Below, in pieces: positions 41,516 through 53,533 of a stretch of DNA of 64,000 nucleotides. The notes beneath the pieces were generated by a model. It worked only from the letters and a program-made list of their open reading frames with translations, had not been told where the DNA came from and did not search any database. A program made the translations under genes and the position numbers. The stretch is from Octopus bimaculoides (Eukaryota). Position 1 is the first letter of the stretch. The number at the start of each line of letters is the position of its first letter. The stretch covers positions 92,658,352-92,722,351 of the forward strand of contig NC_068987.1 in the NCBI RefSeq assembly GCF_001194135.2, given 5' to 3'.

Positions 41516-41577
41516 TCCCTGCCTGGAATCGAACTCACAATCTTGGGGTTAGTAGCCCACGCTCTTAACCACTGCCA
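41300..41577 (-). mobile_element. Composite short element: tRNA-like head, (AAT)n, Penelope-like tail with a degenerate hammerhead motif
   Basis: Head tggcagtggttaagagcgtgggctactaaccccaagattgtgagttcgattcc; (AAT)n at about 41447-41511; AACAC-CUGAUGA-A-GGCUG..CAGUC-GUAA-UGUU-AUGUU at 41397-41352. Confidence 0.6.
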
Positions 41578-41974
41578 GCAAATGTAAGTAGAATACATAT
41601 CCCAGATAAATGTTCATGCATGATAGGTATATGTATAACTATGTATAACTATATATTTATGTAATCAAATCTGAACGCCAGGAAAAAGATATTCTGCGGT
41701 TGGAAACTCTAATTCTCTAATTTTATTTGTTTCATCATTATTTATGTGATAATATATTAAACTGTCTTTTACAAAAGAATAACTGAATGTCAAAATGATA
41801 ATTTGTTACTGAATTATTTACAATGAAGACAAACGTTAAATTTAGCAACAGATGTTTGTGTTGCTGATATAAATTATCTGAAATAAAAACCAGCGTATGG
41901 ATCAGCCTCAACGTAAGCAGCTTGACCTGGTAGATGCGCGAATCTTCCTCAAAAAAAAACAAAACAGGTTTCTT

Positions 41975-42621
41975 GGATCTAGTTTAAAACGGGTGCACCA
42001 GTATTTTCTTAACGAAACACTAACGAAACACTAACGAAACACTTTGAAACTTGGGACACTGGTAGAATGTGTCATATAAAACATCTTTTACTCTTAGTNN
42101 NNNNNNNNNNNNNNNNNNNNNNNNNNNNNNNNNNNNNNNNNNNNNNNNNNNNNNNNNNNNNNNNNNNNNNNNNNNNNNNNNNNNNNNNNNNNNNNNNNNN
42201 NNNNNNNNNNNNNNNNNNNNNNNNNNNNNNNNNNNNNNNNNNNNNNNNNNNNNNNNNNNNNNNNNNNNNNNNNNNNNNNNNNNNNNNNNNNAACAATTTT
42301 AGAGTTCGGATTCTAGAGTTAGGGTTAGTTTTAGGGTTAGGGTTAGGGTTAGGGTTAGAGTTAACAGTCTAGTTAGGGTTAGGGGATTAATACGATATAC
42401 ACCGTTACAGCGCTAACTGTTTTCAACTGAATAGACGTCAGTGATTAGTAGAAATTATCGAAATAAGACAATTTTTTACATGAAATAAATACGAATACAA
42501 AACATTTTTTGTGTTCTATAACACAAAATAGATAAGTATACGAAGTTTGAAAGTCTTTCGGTACCAAAAACACTACATACAACATTAATGAAAACTGGTG
42601 CCCCCGTTTTAAACTAGATCC
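41975..42621. mobile_element. Non-autonomous DNA transposon, Merlin-like
   Basis: TIRs ggatctagtttaaaacggg(t/g)gcaccagt at both ends and an exact 8-bp TSD GGTTTCTT (41967-41974, 42622-42629). GG-starting TIRs with an 8-bp TSD fit Merlin better than hAT. Contains (taacgaaacac)x3, a gap, and TTAGGG-like repeats. Confidence 0.7.
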
Positions 42622-43297
42622 GGTTTCTTTCATATTTGTGTCCAAGATATGCAATAGCTGTAAGTCCCTAGGAAACACGAGGACTAAGATACATTTAGTC
42701 ATAGGCAGGGAGACCCAGGATTAATTTACGCTCATACAACATCTAATGCAGTCATACTTACACATAGTCTCCAAATGAAAGTCTATAATACACATTTAAT
42801 AAGACCTGTTGCACACTATTTTTAATATTTATTGCTACAGGCTATACTTCGTATTCTAAAGCGCAGAATATTGTTAATTTTAGACATACCTCGAAATCTT
42901 AAATTCATCTAACATATAACTTTACATTCTTCTTTTCGAATGTATAATTGCGATATTCTGCTACACTGTCACACATTCTGTTGGTTCCTTTATCCTATTC
43001 AGGTCGAACATATCTTGTGCAGGATTTATATTTTGAATTATTCATTCGTATCGTGTTAACACATTTGATTTATATGTATTGTTTATACGTATGCGTTTGA
43101 TGATGATGATGATGATGATGATGATAATCATGATGATGTGGGTGATGATGAGGGTGATGATCCCGATGGTGATGATGATGATGATGATGACGACAATAAT
43201 GGTGACGAAGATGATGGCGATGATATTCGTGATGCAGCTACACATTTCCTATACAGAGTATAATTTGATTAGCTGGGATTTTAAATTGAAGTCTCAC

Positions 43298-43392
43298 CTT
43301 GCTCCCAACGCTCACTCAATCCGAAAGGGATCTTCTAATGGTGGACTTTCGTTCAGTTTCAAGTGCATTGTGTAATATGGCGTGCTTTTATA
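43298..43392 (-). promoter_or_regulatory. Candidate TATA box and short first exon of a second minus-strand transcript
   Basis: TATAAAAG at 43392-43385 (minus), followed about 90 nt downstream by a near-consensus donor CAAG|gtgaga at 43297. Confidence 0.35.
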
Positions 43393-46300
43393 ATCTATTT
43401 GTCATGGTTCAGTCCATTGGAAACTAGGTCTGTCACACGCCATTTCAATGCAGCGCTAACCTATATTTTGATCATCGCAAATACGGGTAGCAATCTAACA
43501 TTGTTGACACCGGAATGACTAAAACGTCTGTTGACTCACACAAATATGTGTATTCTATTTCTATCCGCAGAGTTTCCAGTTTTATTCACATCGATACTCA
43601 ATTGCGATAAAATTATCCTGCCTATTTCTCTTAATCTCTCTTCCGATATTCACATTATTGTCTTTATTTGGTACTCTAAGGCCATTTCGTGTCTTCTTTC
43701 ATTTTTCTATTCCACAGGATATTTTAAAGTTCTTCCTAACCTCCAAATATTACAATGGAGATTCTCCAGCTGACAGCATACCATTTTAGACCAGGATCAG
43801 GACGCTTCGTCTCTCTTTCTCTCAACTAATATGAGACAGCGTTAATCTCCTTCAATCCTAGGAAAATCTTCCATCAGTTAATTCCAGTGTATTGGTTGCT
43901 TTATATAATATATTAGGAAATAGCATGACATTACAGAGGCGTTTAATAATTTAGAGCATTCTGATATTTTCGACTGGATTGAGCATCACCCTCTCATAGC
44001 CATTCATATGGTAGACACCTCGTATTTTGCATAGCACCATTAGAAAGATAGAGCGCTATGGCCTTTGTTCGGTAGAAGAAAGGATAAGTTGAACAGTCAT
44101 CTCAAGATACCTTTTGCATTTCGCAAATAAATCTATTAAGAACATCTTTTCTCACATTACAATATGACGTCGTCAAGGCAGAGATTCGAATGAATGACAT
44201 TAGAACAGGAATATAGAAGATCTGCTTGATTAAACGAGGATAAATGTGACATTGGGGTGTCTGACATTTAGCAAATTTAGGATCAGGAACAACCTAATAA
44301 TAAAAGCTTACACGAATATTAGGGGAATACTGAAAGACCGGCTCATCATTGGGTTTGTAATTTAGTGGATAAAAGAGGTTTCTGTGCACAATTTCTTGGT
44401 TTGAGTGACTGAACCGAGTATTAGACTGAGGTGCTCTATTTAAGTTGAGTAGCCGTACTCCAGGTGAAAAAACCTCAGAGCACGTGAGCAAGTTAGCCAG
44501 ACTGACAACCGGACCGATAAGCGTTTCTCCATCAAATATTAGCTAAGAGGAGAAGTATCACATCACATGGCATCATAGGGCGCACCTCTCTTGGGTGGAA
44601 TCTGTATTCTTTTGCTACTTATTGTTTGGACATGATCCACACATATATGATGGGTAATCTGTTACCAAAAGCACTCTAAAAAGTTATCGTGATATTGTGG
44701 ATGACAGCTCAGTGCGGCGATTCAGTGCGGCTGAAAAAACCTTCAGAGATTCTTGAGCAGACAGAATTATTGCAGCATAATTTTCAAAACGTAACCGGAT
44801 TTTCAGATTTGTTTTTATAATTTTTAAATTGAGACGCTTTCCTATCGAAATAAATTCCTCGCAGTTGTTAACAAAAGATCAGAAGTAATTGATATATTAA
44901 TTAGACGGGAAACTGTGGATGAAAATCTAGGAATCAGAATTGAGAATATTAGTGAAAATCACAACAAAATAAATGTACAAAAACTTTAGCAAATCTGTCA
45001 AGAGGTGGTGAGTATGTCTGCATCCAAGAAACAAAGATTAATAATGGAACAAAAGTCGATTATAATTAATAATGCCATTTCACCCTTATGTGGACAGCTT
45101 GGACAGTTTTGTATTTATTTGTATCTGCTTTGTGTGCCAAATAGTAAAATTACCTTGATTTAAATTATTAGATTTGTGTTGTCACACACGCTGTTTACTA
45201 TAAATACTAACTGTATCGGTTGATTTTCCAATGTTATTTTAAACTATGACTTCGTAATAGTTTATAGAGAGCCATGAAATATACAATTTCTTTTGAAATT
45301 GTATTTCAGATAACATAACATTTGTTTCTATATTTTAAATTATTATCGATAATTAGATTATTTCTTCGATACAATTTAACTGATTTTCAGTCGATTGTAT
45401 TCCGAATTGTATTATTGTTGTCTCATAAATCGATTATGCCTTCGATTTTGTTCCATAGTTATAGCCTTACACACAAAAGTAGTTGAAGTCTAATATACAT
45501 AATAGAAATTAAACAGTGTAAATTAAATAAATAAATTCTTCACCGTCGCTCCGTTAGTGGTCATGGTTGAGATAGTACTAAGTTGAGATAGTACAAGAGT
45601 TCATTTATTTATATTTATTGGAGCGAACATTATATTTTAAATAACCCTCCGTGATTTATAGTATGAACATTATTGCTACTAAATGTCATGTGTTAGATAT
45701 TCATAAATTGCATCTTTCAGAAATCACCACATTTTATCTCTGTTACCTTTAATATTTCAGTGTACGCATGGAAATGTATATGTAAACTTGTATGTGATTA
45801 TGCGTATTTCATTGATCATGCAATGAGGTTCGTCTTTTTATAAATTACTTATTAAACTTTGGCGTCCTTTTCTCAACCCTGTTTTGCACGTTCTAGCTAC
45901 TTAATATTTTATTATCCTTCCTATATAATTAGATTCAAGCGATTAACTTGCGCTGTAGCGACTGGCTCTTAAATTTTAGAAAGGAAGCTTATTGTTTTAA
46001 GATTTTACATCTGAAATTAAAATACCTAATGGCTTATCCCCCTTTAGAATGCAGCAAAGTTGTAAGGTGGTCGACAGACTGTCAGGTATATTGCTTCACG
46101 GTATTTATCCAGTAATCTTTATCTCTCTATCAAAACACTTAAAGATTAAATAACAGTCACGTACTACCAACTTTGATCTCATGTTCCGATATGGAATATC
46201 CTAAAAGACATCCCAGATTTCCTTTTATTTCAGAAATGCAGATATGTCCAGTAGCCTCTCAGGAGCTATTTTGAATCGAAAACGGAAAGGCTATCGAAGC

Positions 46301-46603
46301 CTTTCAAGTTTGCTTGGATATAAGGTAGAGTACAGAACTCTAAGTGTAAAAGTTTTCTTTTCATTTCATTCCTTAAGTGAATGTTTCTGAATTGAGGAAA
46401 TATTTTCTTCAAGTAAATTTTTGATGTTGTTTGCTTGAGATTTCTTTTCTCACAAGTAAATTTGAATGATTGACCAATATTCTCTTTTAGATACAATAAC
46501 ATAATACAATAATGTTTTTCCTTATAACATTTATGCGTATAATGGTTTTCTTTTCTTCTGACGTGTGCAGTTTTACTTTCTCCGCATTGCTTTCCGCCTT
46601 TAG

Positions 46604-46795
46604 GGCGGTGAGTTGCGGGAATCGTTAGCACGCAGGACATTTCATCTGTCTTCACGTTCTTCAAATTCCGCCAAGACCGACCTTGCCCTGCATCTGTTCG
46701 GACTCAATACCATAAGTACTATTCGAATTCGGGGGTCGACCTAATCGACTTAATTCTTCCTCAACCTGCTGGTCTTCTGCCAAAAATTGAAACCA
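46604..46795 (+). mobile_element. SINE family A copy
   Basis: ggcggtgagttgcgggaatcgttagcacgc...ttcaaattccgccaagaccgaccttgcc. Confidence 0.7.
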
Positions 46796-47302
46796 ATATC
46801 ATCATTAACTGACATTTTACTGTCAAATCCATCGCCACAGTCCGTAATTGTTCAAACATTTCAATTTTAAGGTCAGTCATTTTCGTTATTCCAATTTTTA
46901 CGATTTTCGTTCTACATTATTCTCATTCATTTATGTTATTGTTATTCTGTCCTGGGTTTCAATGTCAGTAATCTGGAAGTTCTCTCCGATTTAACTTTAT
47001 ATTGTCTTATCATTTCTATTCATTGTTTTCTATGTATCATATCTATCATTGTAGTTTGCGTTTCCCTGTTTCCGCATATTATTTCTTGACTTTGTGTTTA
47101 CATTGGGTTTCCAGTCCGCATTTGTTCTTTTGATTATTTTGTGTTTTACATTTTGTCGCCTTAAGATAGCGTATCCACCAGGTATATCGCTTATCTTTTA
47201 TCCATTTTACTCATTCGTCTGCGGTCATGCTAGAGCACGGCAAAACGCTGAAGGTTAGTTTTAATCTAACGAATCAACATTAGTAGTTGTTTTTAACTAT
47301 AG

Positions 47303-47395
<93 letters not shown>

Positions 47396-47409
47396 GTTAG
47401 AATTTACAA

Positions 47410-47590
47410 CATAGACAAAAGACAAAAGACGAAGACGGGTGTCTAAACAACAAACATATATATTAGTTTAACGCTCGGGAAGTGAGGAAGTCTTTTACAT
47501 TTCGAACCTACGCTCTTCGACAGAAAGGAACACAGAAATAAACAGAGAGAGAAAATAGAAAAAGGTATAGTGGCTAGCGATCTATCATTA
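47410..47590 (-). repeat. Penelope-like terminal-repeat fragment with a hammerhead-like motif
   Basis: CUUU-CUGUCGA-A-GAGC(GUAG)GUUC-GAAA-UGUA-AAAG at 47527-47492; a related truncated copy lies at about 58545-58612. Confidence 0.5.
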
Positions 47591-48694
47591 TTTACCAAGT
47601 AAATAATGTTAGGAAAACAAAATTGTCGATTCAACAGGCAGGAAGATTGGAAATCCACCTCGATATTCTCCACCACCACCACCAACCATTGTCTCCACCA
47701 TCGCAACCACTCTTAATAGCAACAGAATTAAAAATCATGTACCCGTAATTAACAAATCTGAAGGTACAGTTTTAAGCAATTTCCGTATCCCAGTGATACG
47801 GAAAAATGGTACAAAATGTCCCAAGAACTCTAAAATATTGAAATGCCTTCTTAAGAGTCCTGGATGAAACTGATCATATCTGCTTACCGCCAAGGAAACC
47901 CTTGTAATGATATAGTATAGGGTGTGCATGCGTGTGTATGTGTATGTATGTGTATTAGTAGAGACAACATGAATGTCATCTAATACTACGACGCCATATC
48001 CGCCCCATTGTTTTCTCTATCATGTTTTTTTTTATGTAATCATAGACTTTACGTTTAGGATGATACAGTGGTTATTTCTGATAAGATACTCGCCAATTAA
48101 ATGTTTCTCTGTCACAGATTTCATTGTACAACGAATAATAAATTCATCCAAACCAGAATTATTCTATTTCTATTGGAATGCATTCGTTTATTTGTCCATA
48201 ATCATTACTTCATCTGTATCCTCATCAAAATCTAAGAATTAATATTGATTAGACTTGATTATGTTATTGCATCATAACACATTTCAAACATGAATGACAT
48301 TATTTTTTTCAGTAGTAATACAACTTTCGTATTTGTCCGAATTATGAATGTCAGCATAGTTTTGGATTCTTCTTTTCGAAGTCTTTAATTTTTTCTTTCA
48401 TTACGCAAAATGTAGAACAATCTGAAATAAAAAGCCATCAAATATCAACTAATGCTAAGGTAAGGGGACATTAACGATTCCACTAAAACTGAAAACTCTC
48501 AAAGAAAATATTAGACTTTAATTCTTGTAGATATTGTGCAATTTACAAGCGAGAACAACATTGTAATACTTTCCCTATTATTCAAATAGTGTTCCCTTGC
48601 TGTTGGTAGGTAGATGAACATCCTCAACATTATCCAGGGAAATACCAATCTGCTAATTTGCGCAGCACTTTGGCTTCCCATATCCATCTATCGT

Positions 48695-48955
48695 CCCGAC
48701 CAACGCCTTGTGAATGAACTTGGCAGACGGAAACTGTGCGAAAGCCAGTCGCATAAACGTGTGCGTTTGTGCTTGTGTTTGTTCTCCACCACAGCTTAAC
48801 AACTAGTGTTGGCTTATTTACCTCCTCTCGGAGGGGAAAGAGACCGATAGCATAAGTGGTAAACTAAAAAAAGTAGTATCGCGGTCAATTTGTTCAACTA
48901 AACTTATTGAGGCGGTGCCATAGCACGGCCACACTCTAGTACAAGAAACAGATAA
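48695..48955 (+). mobile_element. SINE family B, headless copy
   Basis: ccgaccaacgccttgtgaatgaacttggcagacggaaactg...gagaccgatagcataag...ggcggtgccatagcacggcc. Confidence 0.6.
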
Positions 48956-49009
48956 AAAGCTAAAGGACAAGAAGATTTCAGAGACTGTGTGTAGAGTAGA
49001 AAATGAATA

Positions 49010-50225
49010 TTATGTTGTCAAGTACTTGCAGAATTTTAAATTTTGATTTTAAATTATGTATTTTCAAATTAATTTTCGTTAAATTACTTTGACTTTATAT
49101 ATCATTTTCAAGCGCGTGTTTCCATCTCTTTAATCATGTTACTCTTTTCTTCTTTTTGAATAATTGGGCCATTTTTTTCCGGAACGTTGAGTACAACACG
49201 GCATGGACAAAAAGCAAATTCGCGCAATTTTCTTTTTCCAGTTCAAGCTGGGCCGAAAAGCTGCTGAAACAGCTCACGATATCAACGATGCGTTTGGCCC
49301 AGGAACCACTAATGAACGTACAGCACAATGGTGGTTTAAGAAATTTCGTAGCGATGACGAGAGTCTTGAAGATGATAAGCGTAGTGGTCAGCCATCGGAT
49401 GTTGACAACGATCAACTATGAGCTTTAGTCGAAGCCAATCCACAAGAGCTTGCTTCTGAATTAGACGTATACGACAATTTCCAACTACTTGAAAGAAATT
49501 GGAAAAAAATAATAATTGAGAAATNNNNNNNNNNNNNNNNNNNNNNNNNNNNNNNNNNNGACCGGAGTTTGACTTGCGATGAAAAGTGGATTCTTTATGA
49601 CAACCAGCGACGTTCAGCTCAGTAGTTGGGACACTGACGAATCTCCACGGCACTTCCCAAAGCCAAAGTTGCACCAAAACAAGGTCATGGTGACTGTTTG
49701 GTGGTCTGCGGCCGGTCTCATCCATCACAGCATTTTGGATCCAGGCGAAACCATTACGGTGGAGAAGTAGTGTCAGCAAATGGATGAAATGCATGAGAAA
49801 CTCCGACAACAACAGCCAGCATTGGTCAATAGAAAAGGACAAAATTTTCTCCACGACAACGCTCGGCCGCCCGTTGCACAACTGACCCTGCAAAACTTCA
49901 ACAAATTGAGCTACAAAACTCTGCCTCATCCAACATACTTACCAGACCTCTGGCCAACCGTATACCACGTTTTCAAGCATCTCGACAACTTCCTGCGTGA
50001 GAAATGCTTCAAACACCAAGAGGATGCTAAACACGCCTTCAACGACTTCATCGCAACCAGAACGCATGATTCTTACGCTACTGGCATAAATAAACTTGTT
50101 TCGCGTTGGCAAAAGTATGTTGATTCTGATGGTGTTTATATCGATTAATTAAGGTTTGTTTGAGCCGAGATATGTGCATCTGAATTTAAAGGTTAAATAC
50201 CACAAGAACTTTCTTGACAATCTAA
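49010..50225 (+). mobile_element. Near full-length mariner (Hsmar1/cecropia-like), transposase pseudogene
   Basis: Fragments MDKKQIRAIFFFQFKLGRKAAETAHDINDAFGPGTTNERTAQWWFKKF, TCDEKWI, KVMVTVWWSAAGLIH, LHDNARP and YLPDLWPTVYHVFKHL. Degenerate TIRs (ttatgttgtcaag / rc ttagattgtcaag) with TA on each side (49008-9, 50226-7). Stops and frameshifts; third catalytic D reads V; 35-N gap inside. Confidence 0.9.
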
Positions 50226-50641
50226 TATGTGGAACGTGAATGAGAAGAGGAGATTTTAAAATATAGAAATGGTGATACTATTCGCATTACAATGAAATAT
50301 ACTTAAAATTTATAGAAATCTGACGAACTTATTTGCAGCAAATGGTCGTAGAACTAATGTTTCCATGTGAAATAAAACCGTTTCCAGATTTGCGAACATT
50401 TCTTCAAGTTTTTCGTAGACTCAATCTCTGGTTAGGTTCATTGGATACAGTTGTCTAATCAGAGGAAAAGGCTCGAAAGCGTTACCGAAAACCATATTGT
50501 TTGTTGCTTTCAAGTTTAAATGGCAATGACATCCCCAAACCCAGAAGGGATAAATTATGTGGTCGATATAATCAACTTTTTTATCCTCAAATTTCAAGGA
50601 TTGTGCCTTTGGTTGAATAAGTTTCTTAGTTCTCTTGATCT

Positions 50642-50690
<49 letters not shown>

Positions 50691-50722
50691 CACACACGCA
50701 CGCGCACGATAATCAATTAATA

Positions 50723-51890
50723 TTAGGTTGTTTCACACGATATGTCGTATTTGAAAGGTAACAATAAAATATTTCAGAAGTGTTAGAGAACTGATGTATT
50801 TAATCAAAGTATGATCCTTGTTCATTTAGGACGTTTACCCAACGTTTCTCTATGTTATATATTCCATCGTTAAAAAAATATTCCCCTTTTGCTTTAATAA
50901 ACTATCCGAATTCTTCAATTACTTCTTCTCTATTTTAAGACTGTGTTTTATTGCTTATGAAAAGCTCAAAATGCTTCAATAAGTGATGATCAGTAGGAGA
51001 AATATCAGCGGTATAGGGAGGATGTTGCAAAATCTCATAATCCAGGCTTTGCAAATTTTGGACCGTAGCTTGAGGAGTGTGAGGACGTGCATTGTCGTGG
51101 AGCAAAATTGGGCCGTCTCTATTCACTAGTCTCGGTTGCTTCTTTTTTCAAATTGTCATGCATACAATTGATTTCCTAGCAATATGATGTTGCTGTTACT
51201 GTTATTCCTTGTGGCAAAAATGAATAACTCCCTTCGCAGACTACCATAATCTTAGGGTGCAGTGGTGGGTTTGGGTAGTGTTTATGTACTATCCTACATC
51301 TAATCACTGTCCTGTTCTCCTGATGTTTTAAAACTAATGATTTAATGCAAAAATGGTATTTGTCCAGTCAAGAAAGCCATCAGAAGCTCACTTCGAGGCT
51401 TCTGTTTTTTTTTTAATCTCGTTCAGTTGATGTGGAACAAACCTATCTGTTTTCTTGACGTTTCCCTTTTTTTACAGGTGTCCAAAAACAATTGTGCAAG
51501 ATGTTTGGAGTTCTGATGAAGGTTTCTGAACCTACGTTCTCGGATTTTGTTCAACCAAAGCATTTAATCCATCATGCTGAATAACTGATTTTGGCCTACC
51601 CATTGGTTTATTTTCAAGGCTATCATCTCCTGAACGAAAGCTTTGGAACCATCTCTTAACAGTTCTGGTGTCTACAAAACCATTACCAAAGGCCTGCTTG
51701 ATATTCCGTAGAGCTTCTGCGGCAGAGTGACCTGGTTTGTATTCATAAGAGAAAATCACTCAACATAGTTTGGTTGTTATCATTTTCATAAGGTCTGTGG
51801 GTACGAATGTTGTATACCAATATTGTTGGGAAAATAAAAAAAAGTCAAGATTAAATGTAAGGTATACATACGCCGTTTCATCTTCTACAG
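50723..51890 (-). mobile_element. Second, more decayed mariner (D,D34D) transposase pseudogene
   Basis: HSAAEALRNIKQAFGNGFVDTRTVKRWFQSFRSGD (51532-51759) and ILLHDNARPH...HPPYTADISPTD (50935-51126), with 34 residues between the two D residues. Mariner-like end TA|ttaggttg at 50721; the other end is approximate. Confidence 0.85.
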
Positions 51891-51958
51891 TCCAAGGAAA
51901 TATTTTAGTTCAGGATTTAATCAATACACAAGTGTATATTTACAATATATTCTCTTAC

Positions 51959-52111
51959 CGTAAACAAAGAAATTCATATACCAGCGATTTTCTTGGAGAT
52001 AGCATGTCTTAATCAGACATAATCCATTTTCTTTAGCACTCCATTTCATTGTTTCGCAGATACATTTGCCTTTATAATGACAGCCAGTACAATTATTTCC
52101 TGCAGCGTTTC
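51959..52111 (-). CDS. Coding exon (153 nt, phase 1-1) of a probable secreted cysteine-rich protein
   Basis: Acceptor ttttcttttttcatttcttatAG and donor CG|gtaaga. Open frame (G)NAAGNNCTGCHYKGKCICETMKWSAKENGLCLIKTCYLQENRWYMNFFVY(G) with 6 Cys, which is the core of supplied ORF 51921..52163(-). Confidence 0.75.
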
Positions 52112-53533
52112 CTATAAGAAATGAAAAAAGAAAATATGAGTAAGCATTGCTTAAATTTCTCACCTGAATATTTATCCTGAAATGTTTTATACGTCGCCAC
52201 CTTTAAGATATTCATAAAATCTACGACATTAAATATATATATATATTCGGTATAAATAATATACTCCGTCACTGGGTTCATGTGTGTAGATTATGGCCCT
52301 TCACAGGCTGCAAACATTGTATCTAGGACCCATTATGTGTGTGTATGCCACACGTTCAGCGATATCCTGCGAGCTATAGGTACCAACTCTGCAGCAATAA
52401 ACGGGAACTTGAGTTACAAAGTAAATAACGCAAACAGGAATATACAGAGGGTATCAGTAAAGATACGTATTATTTAGTTCTTTAAATAAAATCACTCATT
52501 TTTGTACACGCCATCTCTGAACACTTACATCAATTTAGCCAAGCCATTTCACTTTACCTCATACGACTAATGGCAGCCTGGTAAAATATGTACGCTGAAA
52601 ATCTGCTAACTGAAGCGTAGCTTCGTTGAAAAGTAGCGCCTTTTTTCGTGAAAGAACAATTGTGTAGTTCTCAGCAGATCAAGACCGTCCCCTTCTATCA
52701 GTCTACTCAACAATAACAGCAACAACAATAACAACAACAACAACAACTGCAGCAGCAGCCGCAGCAGTGACGAAATAAGAGGAAAAGAAATATGAGCAAC
52801 AATATACGCCCTCTAATACACTACAGCCTACGATATATCACTACTTCTCGGAGCTGGTGGCTTTAGTCCTCTTTTACGCAGCTACCATTTTTAGTTCAAT
52901 GAATAGATAAGTCAATCGCTTTAGATCAGTTTTGCTGGAGCTGCTCTGAGACTACACACACCTACGCATAGGCACGCAGCATACACACAAACTCACTCGC
53001 ACAAATTTTGAAGTGACAGATCAATATGGCGATCTAGAGCCTAAATATAACTTTCTAAAGATATCTAAAAGCACGTTTTTGTTTAAAAAATATTTGTCTG
53101 TAGCAGAACATATCTGAACATAACTACAGAAAACGAGAAGAGACCCAACGAAATAGTCTCGAAGTGAACACCCAACCTCCTGGATATAACAGCGAAATCT
53201 CACTCCAAATAAACTGCATATTAATGAGTGAGGTGTTAGATACTGTTGTACCAGAGAACTGAGAAAACGGAAGTAGTGGTCATGGTAGGAATGGCTTCAA
53301 GTATATTCATTTATTCAGAACTGAAATTTGAAAACCAACTAAATGATTGAAATAATAAAATCTGCCAGGAAATTGATGTTTCATTTATATCTGAGTGACA
53401 TCTTCTAGTAGAAACTATCAAATTCTCCTGAAATCATGGATTACGTTTTCTTAGATACAATATTATTTAAATGGCGCCCAGGCCCTTACGAAGCGGAGGA
53501 TTGTAAATTCGAATGAGGTGTTTCATAACATAC

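Noticed and set aside
42310-42390. True telomere or chromosome fusion site
   Set aside because: The tract is short, degenerate and enclosed by transposon TIRs and a TSD.
51505-51545. CUGAUGA followed by a hairpin (aggtt-tctg-aacct)
   Set aside because: No GAAA follows the stem, and it lies antisense inside mariner coding sequence; chance match.
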